Position numbers and translations under genes: made by a program
Part shown: piece by piece, positions 54,790 through 64,000 of the stretch
Layout of the letters: each line of letters begins with the position of its first letter
How positions within the stretch are numbered: position 1 is the first letter of the stretch
Notes under the pieces: model-generated
What the model was told of the DNA's origin: nothing
What the model saw: the letters and a program-made list of their open reading frames with translations, nothing else
The model's database searches: none
Assembly: GCA_050084985.1 (NCBI GenBank)
Contig: JBITNC010000001.1
Span: 123,380,001 to 123,444,000, forward strand
Source of the DNA: Nageia nagi
Lineage: Eukaryota > Plantae > Pinophyta
Length of the DNA: 64,000 nt
Reading direction: 5' to 3'

Positions 54790-57700
54790 TTTTTGATACA
54801 AATAAAAATTTAAAGTATATTTTCCAAAAAATAGGGTTTTGATACCTATATATATAAAACATTTATAGATATTCAATAATAGTACATATGTTTCCTAGAT
54901 CTACCTTCTAAGAATCATTATATTTACCACCTTACTAGATATGAACAACTATCCTTATTTTCCAATTCTTGATCACACCATACTCTTACAAGTTGCACCA
55001 ATGAGATCCAATCCAACCTAAAATTAGAGTCCTTCTCGATGAAGCACTCCCATAGAAACTTGATTTCCATATGATACATACCTTCAACATTCTAAACTAG
55101 GATAGTCATAGGAATCTTCTTCTATGTTGAGGCTAGGGTGACCATCCTGTGCTTTTCCCCAAATCATTTCTTATTATACGAAGGGTATTGGGATGCCTTT
55201 AGTACTTCTACGATCATTTTGACATCCCATCATTCCTTTTCTCATTGGCCAATTCTTCCTCATTCTACAAGATGCATGCATTTACTATACAACTTCTTGA
55301 ACATCATATTTAGAATCAAGGTTTTCAACTTCTTGAATACACCAAGGTCCTCACCAGGTTTATCTTCTATAGGATCTTGATCCTCTTATGTATTCTGAAA
55401 GCCCTCTCTAACCTCTTCACTCTCCTGACCCTTATTTATCATAAAACCAATAGGTTCTATTTCCTTCATATCCTTCTTTACTTCTAATAGAGAGGCTAGT
55501 GGAGAGTCGATGATAAGAATTATGGCCTCCATAACCAACTCCTCCTCCTCCTCCTCTAAAATAATTCTAAATTTTCCCTTCCATCTAGAAGAAGATACTC
55601 CTTCTCGATCTGATAGAGAGTCCTCTAATTTTGAAGATACAATCACAATCATAATATTAATGGTGATACTCGATGAACCTAATTTAATATAAGCCTAGCG
55701 ATTTTCTTGAGGGGTTCTTGATTGCTACTAAAGTAGTAGTATAAGCATTCTATCTCCTATAGTTTCAATGTCCATCAAGATTTAATTATCACTTAGTGAA
55801 TAGGGACTACTCCTCTATTCCTCCTGATATAAATATCAAGAGAATGAATAGAAAATATGGCAAATTTAACTTGTACAAACCTTTGAAGTGATACAATAAG
55901 AAAAAAATGCTATTCATAGAACTTTGAGCATCTTCTTTCCATTGTAAAGAGATTTATAATTACCTTGGCTACCTCATTCTAAGGATAAAGAAGTGAATCA
56001 ACTGGGTAAGCTAATTTTCTTTTCTTCGATAAAGGTACCCCTTGCCTATAGAAATCTTGCACATCTACTACTAATATGTGCATCTCATTACAATGCCTCT
56101 ACCTTGAGTTAGCCATACCTATATATGCCTTAATAAGCTTTTCATTGATTGAGAATTAGTGTCCATCTACTACCACCTTATATTTATCCCAAGATTCTAA
56201 CACCTAACTGAATCAACTCTGATTATGGTCATTTAGAGAATCTATGAATCCATAAATACCCCATTGTAGAGGATCTGCCAAACCACTAGATCCTCCCTAA
56301 ATTCCTCTCTAAAGGTTGCTTTAAGATGCTGCTAGCACATCATCTTGTTTGCATTCAAAATACATAATGATTACATATGAGTACTTCTTTCTATATCATA
56401 ATTCTAAACTTGCCACCCCAACATACCAATCTTGACCCTTTATCTATTCCCATCATCTATAGTTTTGAACAACTCAATCCATGGTATTTCTCTAGAGGGC
56501 CATATGTATATCTCTTTTATATTTATTCCTCCAAATACACCATTTCTTAATTGTATGTCTCATATGAATCACTACTCTCCCCTCCCCCTACCAAAGTTTA
56601 GATCCAACTAGCATTTTTTACTTATCAACTTCCAATTTTCTTTAGCCATATGTTAAATTTTTGCAATCAACATATTAGACAAAATAATCTTTTTGTGGAA
56701 TATACACCCATTTTTTTCCCTCCATACTTTCTAAAGAAGATGAGGATGTATTATAGACGAATGTCGATTCTCCTCTTTCCCAATCACTATAGGGGGCATT
56801 TGGAGATTGACTTTGTTATATCAATCCTAAATTCAATTTTTTTTCTCCTCCAAGATTCCTTTCCACACTTCTTGAGAAAATGGTTATAATTGGCACATAT
56901 GGTCCACTATATCTTTCTTGTGAACATCTACTTACCAAAACTTGTCCCTTCTTTCTAATATTTTCAATCATTAGGGTCCTTTTTCTAAAAACTAGCTATA
57001 GGAAATGAGTTACTTTTGGGGTGACTCCTTAGATCCATACCTTTTTAATAGGAAAGGAGGTATATTCTATAGCCAAGAGGGTAGTGTATCCTAGTTTGAA
57101 AAAATATACCCCCCTTTCCTAAGTTTTTATCTTAGGATATTAGTACCATTTTCCATTGGTAGCAATAGAGTCGTGGCCAACATATTATTCATTACCTTTG
57201 TTGCTATAGAAAGGTATTAGCTTGGTGGATGTAACAACTTCTACATTCTTTATCTATTATTCTACTCCGTGGAATATTGAACCTTAGATCTAATGTTATT
57301 CCTTCCTCATCTTACCCACTCAGTTAGGTTTGGAATCTTATTAAGAGGCCTATCTTGTACCCATTCATCTTCCCAAAACCTCACCTCTTTTCCATTACCA
57401 ATACACTTGGTAGTATTTTCATTCTAAATATGTTTGAATATGATATGATCTTTCCAAAAGGCTAATCCATATTTCCTTAAGTCATCTTGAATGAAGTTCA
57501 ATCCCTCTAATAGATATTTATTTTGGCATATTTTGACAACTTTCCTTTCCTCACTACTACTTATCTTCCATGTTAATTTCCCTCTTACTGTTATATTAAA
57601 CCATTTCAAACTATGGAGGCCAAAACCTCTGTGATTCTTGGGTTTACATACTTTAGCCCAACTCACTACAGCTACTCTTTTCTTTTCCTACATTCTGATC

Positions 57701-58501
57701 TAGAGGAACTTATTGCAAATCAAGTCAATTTAATCACATATACTAGTAGTGATATCAAAGTTAGAGGCATAATAAAGATGCATACTTTGAAGTACCACTT
57801 TCACTAGTAAACATTTGTGAGCAATTGAAATATTTCCCCCTTTCCAAAAAACTAGATTTTTCTAGAATCGCTTTATTAGTGGCAACCATAAATTTTTCCC
57901 TAATGGACCTACAAATAGTGGCATATCCAGATAGGTAGTTGGGAGGTATTCAATCTGATAATTGAAGATCCTAATAATCTCCCTTTGCCTACTAATATTA
58001 CTATGGATGAAGAATGGTTTGCTTTTATTAGAGTTGATCTTTTACTGAGATGCTCCTTCATAAAGATGCAGGATCTTTAAGTAATTCCTTACTTCAACCA
58101 TTGAAGCTTTTCCTATTATGATTGTATCATCTAGAAATTGACTATGAGTACTTACAACTAGCATATCATAGGGTCTAATATCTTCCATTTTGCCAATCCT
58201 TCTCCCTAAGGCTTCTACCATTAGGATGAATAGATATGGAGAAATTGGGTTACTCTACATGAGCCCCTTTTCAAACTGAAAGATGTTGGAAACCTCTCCA
58301 TTCATTAGAATAGAGAAGGAGGCCATAAATATACACTAATTAATATAAGATCTTTAGATTCTAAAAAATCTAAATTTCTCACATATCTTATCTAAAAAGG
58401 TTCAGTCGACCCTATCATAAGCCTTTTACATATCTAGTTTTAGCAAAAACATCTCAATTTTTTTATGCAATTTGTTATACCTTGTGTATGTCAATGATCC
58501 C
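54790..58501 (-). mobile_element. Decayed L1-type LINE, copy C (3' half; cut at 58501 by an LTR)
   Basis: 55794-58501 aligns with 15121-~17827 and shares the same disabling stops (ORF 57424-57666 equals 462-704). The left (3') end is placed tentatively at the T-run near 54790. Confidence 0.88.
54950..56345 (-). pseudogene. Decayed extra ORF (ORF3) downstream of LINE ORF2; putative plant-transposon-protein-like domain with acidic/Ser-rich tail (partial copy at 15121-15670)
   Basis: Manual translation of the copy-B counterpart: EFREDPVVWQIL..GIDGFIDSLNDHN...WDKYKVVVYG..FSINAKLIKASIGM...EVAKAIMKLFTMERRCSKFYE.HFFLI...VVPIH. In copy C it continues toward ORF 55386-55652 (LEEEEEELV). Confidence 0.55.
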
Positions 58502-59619
58502 TGTAGACACTCAAAATAAACCCTACATCTAGTTTAACAACATGTAGACAAATAAAATAAGTATCTTTTTAACATATATCATACTAAACTAATCATAACT
58601 CTTTACACAAGCCTCAAACAAGCTTGAAAACTCCATTATTGGATAGCTCTCATCGAGTACATGCAAAATGAGTGGTCACATGACCCCTTTTCGATAAAAA
58701 TTGACTATTTGGTGGTCACTTTAATATTGTTATAAAAATTACAACCAGTCACCGGTGACCCAAAACAAACACCGACATTTTGTGATGTTCGTCGGTGTTC
58801 GCCTAGTAATCGTCGGTGATTGTGTAACAGCTGAACATAAACCAAACAGACACCAATGAAACATCTCATTCTTCCAAGATGCGTTGGATAGAGAGGGTCA
58901 GTTATGACCTATGATGGCTCTTCGACTCCCCCTTCCAGCCTTGTAAAATCTCACCTAAAATCTATAAATACAAGCTAATACAAAGCAATAAGGGACCCAA
59001 TTTTGGAGTAGGGTAACTCTGCTAAAATCTTGTGAGCTCATACCTTTCTATTGTTTTATGCTAGCTTCAATTTAATACATTTCATACATAGATGCTTTGA
59101 TGTTATTATCTTTTGCATGTGTGTAGGATTTTGCAAGTTGTCCATATTAAGGAGAGAAGCAAGCAAATCAAAATAATGAAGATCTAATACTCTCATTTTG
59201 GCAAATGGCATTTGTAAAAGTCCCTTCCAAGGGCAAATTGTATTTTGAGCTGAAAATCAATATCAATTTTGTTATGAACAAAGTTCCCAAAATAGCATAA
59301 AATCACCAAAGAGAGAGCTCAACGCATTGAATAAGAGATAAAATCTGTAATAAGCCACTTCAAGGGGGCAACCTCCTTTGTAATAAGCCACTTCGAGGGG
59401 GCAACCTCCTTTACATCACATCAATTACACAACAATAGACATCCGCAAATGATAATACCTCCTTAGTATATATAGGAGTCCAAGGGGTGCCACTACAATG
59501 AAAGGACACTAGCCGACATAACAATAATAATGTAAGGAAATAATAATAACCATAGCCGACCTAACAATAATAATGTATAGGGACCTAACATGCCCCTCTC
59601 CTTCAAAAAAATGTTGTCC

Positions 59620-60510
59620 TCAACATTTTAGTAGTTCTGGATGCTTCTGTAGAAATTTCTCATCTTCCCATGTGGAATATTCAGCCATTGCCATATTTTT
59701 ACTTTCAACCTTCCTTGCCATCCTAAAAGCCATCTCTAAGGATGTTGGTTCAAATAGATGCACCTCATGTTGAATTTTATCCTTTAAGATTCCCATAAAG
59801 AGATCCAACAATCTATCATCTGGTATATCCTTCACTCTAAGACTCAACTTTTGAAATTGTTGAATGTGCTCCATCACTGAACCTTCTTGCCTTAGATTTA
59901 TCAATTGAGTAAAGAAGGAATTATTCTTAACATCCTCATGGTAGGCTATCAGTTCCTCTGTAAAAATGGACCAAGATATAATAGAACCCTTTTTACGTTC
60001 ACAAAGCCATTGGTACCATACAACCTGCTCAGGCTCTAGATACAAGGATGCAATAGTTACTTTTTGTGATGTTGGTACTTGGTGTAGATCAAAAAAGTGC
60101 TCCATTTGAAATATCCAAGTGATGGGGTCCCTTCCATCAAACTTCCTCATGTCGATCTTGGGGATTTGGATTCCCCTTGAGAACCATGCTTGATTACTTC
60201 CATCAGTAGAAGCATATCCTCCTGAATTAGGCTTATTAATGAAGGGTTTATCTCCTTGAATAATATCATTATTTACCTGATAACCCTGGGCCATATCAAC
60301 ATCTTTAGGAATCTTTACCTCTGGGTTTTGTATGAGTTGAAAAATCTTTTCCATATATTGATCCATTTTAGTTACCAACTCATTTGTCAAATCCCTTTTT
60401 AATTCCTCCATATCACCCTTTTTTACACACTCTTTAACCAATTCTTCCACTTGGGATATTCGAAAGAATATGTCTTCACTTTTTGCTGTAGCAATTTTTT
60501 TCGGTGGCAT
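59620..60510 (-). CDS. Retrotransposon Gag fused in frame to the C-terminal end of an integrase chromodomain (296 aa)
   Basis: PKIDMRKFDGRDPITWIFQMEHFF...ASLYLE...WYQW...SWSIFTEEL...LRQEGSV (Gag), then AEYSTWEDEKFLQKHPELL (chromodomain tail, cf. EDATWE.E..L..FP). Confidence 0.9.
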   Translation of the reverse strand: MPPKKIATAKSEDIFFRISQVEELVKECVKKGDMEELKRDLTNELVTKMDQYMEKIFQLIQNPEVKIPKDVDMAQGYQVNNDIIQGDKPFINKPNSGGYASTDGSNQAWFSRGIQIPKIDMRKFDGRDPITWIFQMEHFFDLHQVPTSQKVTIASLYLEPEQVVWYQWLCERKKGSIISWSIFTEELIAYHEDVKNNSFFTQLINLRQEGSVMEHIQQFQKLSLRVKDIPDDRLLDLFMGILKDKIQHEVHLFEPTSLEMAFRMARKVESKNMAMAEYSTWEDEKFLQKHPELLKC

Positions 60511-60529
60511 TTTGACTAAGTATTCTAGG

Positions 60530-60770
60530 GGGTCTCCCTATATACGCCAGGTACGTGGGAGCTCAATTCTGTGCTAGTGTTGTCTAATGCACAACCATTC
60601 GAAAAGGGCCCTTGCTAATATACTCGCGGTACATGAGGGAATCCTAAAGGACCTCTCTATATACCATGTACGTGCATGAGCATGATGGCCTCTCTATATA
60701 CTCAAAGGTACGTGAGAGAATCCAACAGTGGCCTAAGCGATATACTGCGAGTACGTTGTAGGAGACCACA
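60530..60770. repeat. Degenerate short repeats in the leader of the Gag element
   Basis: ctc.ctatatac....gtacgtg.gag.. occurs four to five times. Confidence 0.7.
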
Positions 60771-62249
60771 ATTCCTCGGGATGCAGTGCTGGCAAAGTAA
60801 CGACAGCTCCTATGTTTAAAGATGCCAGAACACATCTATACCTAAAAGAATCTACTCTTTCTTTTCTTTCCAATAGCTTATGAATCACCCCAAATAGACC
60901 TTCCAATCAAAATATATGCAAATTTAAAGAAATAAATAAATAAATTGTACCTTTTTAAATCGTGATTTGGAGACTGTTCTATTGTCCAAACTTCCAACTA
61001 ATGTAAATATGAAATTTCGGCCCTTTAGAGTCTGAAATTTATACCTATGGTAGCCTCAGATGTCTTCTTTTCAATGCCACAGATTTCATCAAATTCTGAT
61101 AGTCTAAGAGGAAATGACTGCAATTTTCCCAAAATGTGCTGATTTTTGGATTTTTTTTGAAGAGCGAACTTGTATGAAGTGCCTTGTGTCACCTGTTTAT
61201 TCTCAGACCTTGAAAATTGTAACAGATAAACTTTAGTATATAACCTAACCAATACAATAGGTCTCACCTATTTTGGAGCTGTAAAACTTTAGATATACCC
61301 TTTTTAGCTAGAACACCTGTTTCAGACCTGCTTTTGCGACTAGTCACAAACCTTAACTTCCCCTGAGTGTAACTTAAAAAATATAGCGAATTAGGAGCTG
61401 AAATTTTAACCGAAATTGCTTCGTTATGTCTTCAAAAAACCCAATAAATTTCAAAATCTGAATCCTTCCAAAAAAAAATTGGTATCGAAAATGCCACGAT
61501 GACTAGTTTTGAGCTGTGAAACCCTAGAATCGTCTGCTCTGGTACCAAATGTTATGAACAAAGTTCCCAAAATAGCATAAAATCACCAAAGAGAGAGCTC
61601 AACGCATTGAATAAGAGATAAAATCTGTAATAAGCCACTTCAAGGGGGCAACCTCCTTTGTAATAAGCCACTTCGAGGGGGCAACCTCCTTTACATCACA
61701 TCAATTACACAACAATAGACATCCGCAAATGATAATACCTCCTTAGTATATATAGGAGTCCAAGGGGTGCCACTACAATGAAAGGACACTAGCCGACATA
61801 ACAATAATAATGTAAGGAAATAATAATAACCATAGCCGACCTAACAATAATAATGTATAGGGACCTAACAAATTTATGATTACAACATGTCTATCAAGAT
61901 TTAAGAATAATTGTATTTTATGTTATTCTATATTCCAGCTCTATTTTCACTGCAACATTCTGGCGCTAGAAGGAGGGCTCCTCCCAACAATTGCAAGATG
62001 TGGTTCAATCTTGTTGGTGAAGATCTTCTTGATGATCTGATTCAAACACGTAGAAAAGGAGCGATCAGGATGAGGTAGACCATCTTTTCTCCTCAAATCT
62101 ATAAAATGAAAAGGCACAACTTTGTATTTAAGATTTTTAAAAAATAAAAAGAAAAAAAAAATGAATACAAAAATATTTGTGATTGGATTTTTTTGTGTGA
62201 TTTGTCTAGCAAAATGAAAGCTCATGCTAATTTATTTTGCAATGTTTAA

Positions 62250-62640
62250 TAGACATTAGCGACCATAATATTTGATAAAATACCATTTTTAACTATTCTT
62301 TTAATAGACATTAATACCTTTGCTTAGAGCTCCCATAGGCGGCATGTGTTGCTGAATGCTGGCAAAGATTACAGAGTGTGGCTTTACTCCTCACAATGGC
62401 ACCTGCTCAAGAATATTTAGAGCCCTTTTCGAAAATCCATTTTGTGTTTATCCCGTGATATTTGCAATCCATGGGTCACATCAACTACAATTTGATGATT
62501 TCATGAGGCATGGTGTCAAACAATCCATGAGCCACTTCAACGTATCTGTTCTGTGCATATCCCGTGATCATTGCAGTCAATGAAACTGCATCTTAATGGT
62601 GCATCTTGCCAAACAATTCGCAAGCCCATTCAACGCATCA
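62250..62640 (-). pseudogene. PLS-class PPR pseudogene fragment
   Basis: Minus strand: ACELFGKMHH*DAVSLTAMITGYAQNRYVEVAHGLFDTMPH...ITG*TQNGFSKRALNILEQVPL*GVKPHSVIFASI...MGALSKGINV. Confidence 0.85.
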
Positions 62641-62749
62641 GTTTTGATATGTACACATCGATGCCACAAATCTCAGTTCACCGTATTTTTTTAGGACGCT
62701 GGAAAAGTGGATTGATCGGGTTGGACTATAGCTGTTATTTGCTGCATTT

Positions 62750-63470
62750 CTTAATTTAAAAGTTTTAAATTTTAAGTTTAGATTTCAATTTAAACGTTTG
62801 GAATTAATTTTTAATTTTAGATTTTCAATTAATATTTTAAAGATTAGACATTAGATGTTAAAGGTTTTTATATTCTAAAAAAAAAAGAGTTTAAAATATA
62901 TAAGTATAAAATTAAAATATTAAAAATATCAATATATAGTTTATATACATTAATATAAAATTTTCATAAAAAATCGAACATTAAAATATAAAATAAGATA
63001 TAAATTTAAAATAATAAATTGCAAAGTTAATATTGAATTGAATTGAATTGGTGACAATATTAAAATATTAAAATACAAATAATAAATATAAATTAATAAA
63101 AAATAAATAGTAAATATAAATATAAATACATAAATATATAATAAAGTATAGATGCTAAAATATAAATATAAATACAAAATTTAAAATAATAAAACATATG
63201 ATTATTATATAAAAATTCAATACAAAGTATAAATATTAAAAATATAGAATATTAAAAATATAAAAAATAAAAAAAAAATATTTAAATGTAAATTAAATAA
63301 AATTAAAATTAATCTAAAATTAAAAATCATAACATTAACTATTAGGATTAAAATATTAAATTAGAGTATTAAGATATTAAATATAAAAATTTAAAATGCA
63401 AACATAAATATAAAATATTAAAATAAAATTAATACAAAGTATAAAAATTCGAAATATTCTATATTACAAT
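62750..63470. repeat. Extremely AT-rich low-complexity tract (similar tracts at 5950-6150 and 22180-22400)
   Basis: Runs of (t)taaaat(a/t) words with almost no G or C. Confidence 0.8.
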
Positions 63471-63539
63471 TAGAACTTACTTACCAAACCAAAACAAATT
63501 TGATGATTTTATTATACAACTGGATAATATAAATATATA

Positions 63540-63595
<56 letters not shown>

Positions 63596-64000
63596 CGTGT
63601 TTCATTTATGGAATGATATAATAGGTTATACAAAGGAATAGGTTTAAAAGACGTTAAAAGTTGATTTTATTTAAGTTTTTTACTTTAAACCCCCTTTGTA
63701 ACAAATAGAAACATAGACATGTGTCAGTCACTCTAGATCCATACAAATCTTGAGTTGTTGAGAACAATTAAAAGGCTTTTAAATTTTATCATTATGAGGT
63801 TTGTCTTGGTTGCACTTTTAAATTATGTTCCTTTTTCTATCAAAATAAAACTAAAAATACAAAGACTATGTTCACATATTGCCAAGTCAACCTTAGATAC
63901 TTATTCTACTTCTGAGGTCGTGAAGAATAATTTTTATATCCACATTGAAAAGCTTTTAGCCTACTTAGCAGAAATAGAACAATGTACTATACCTCTTCTT

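Larger units (their letters stand above)
59270..61870 (-). mobile_element. Very young non-autonomous chromovirus-type Gypsy derivative (TR-GAG-like); LTRs 59270-59590 and 61550-61870
   Basis: Two 321-bp TG...CA LTRs, identical by eye. TSD AATTT at 59265-59269 and 61871-61875. PBS TGGTACCAGAGC (61536-61547, minus); PPT GAAGGAGAGGGGCA (59591-59604, minus). Confidence 0.97.
58502..62120 (+). mobile_element. LTR (tgtagacac...) inserted in LINE copy C and itself interrupted by the 59270-61870 element
   Basis: LINE alignment stops abruptly at TG. TATA ctataaata near 58961; internal inverted repeat aacaccgac/gtcggtgtt. Sequence resumes after the AATTT TSD. Right end and its own TSD not found. Confidence 0.6.

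Noticed and set aside
54780-54800. LINE TSD (atgatcattt versus atgccattct at 4485)
   Set aside because: Too degenerate, and the two sides come from different copies.
62356-62759. Plus-strand ORFs 62356-62583 and 62571-62759
   Set aside because: They are antisense shadows of the minus-strand PPR pseudogene.
62950-63177. Hydrophobic ORFs in AT-rich tracts (also 47694, 52145, 25397 and similar)
   Set aside because: Composition artefacts rich in F/I/L/Y codons, lying inside LTRs or low-complexity DNA.

Overview
This is an AT-rich plant genomic window with a 100-N assembly gap at 43168-43267. The PPR and LTR motif style suggests a conifer/cupressophyte (inference). I found no intact host gene. 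It is built from five layers. (1) A ~16.3 kb tandem duplication (copy A 1-15127, copy B 15121-31452) joined at a 7-bp microhomology, TAGTGAA. (2) Three DNA-level copies of one decayed L1-type LINE (minus strand), which appears to carry an extra third ORF. (3) An old Tat/Ogre-like Gypsy element (25310-40167, minus strand) with gag and an antisense PMD ORF but no visible pol. It sits in the intron of a CAT6/7-like amino-acid transporter fragment and enlarges a ~110-nt intron to ~15 kb. (4) Two very young non-autonomous LTR elements: a Copia derivative keeping only the RT C-terminus and RNase H plus a five-copy covarying hairpin array (31957-36816), and a chromovirus derivative with an in-frame Gag/chromodomain-tail fusion and identical LTRs (59270-61870). 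(5) Scrambled PLS-class PPR pseudogene fragments at three places, plus tRNA-like SINE modules, hAT remnants and microsatellites. All alignments and translations were done by eye; no database search was run.
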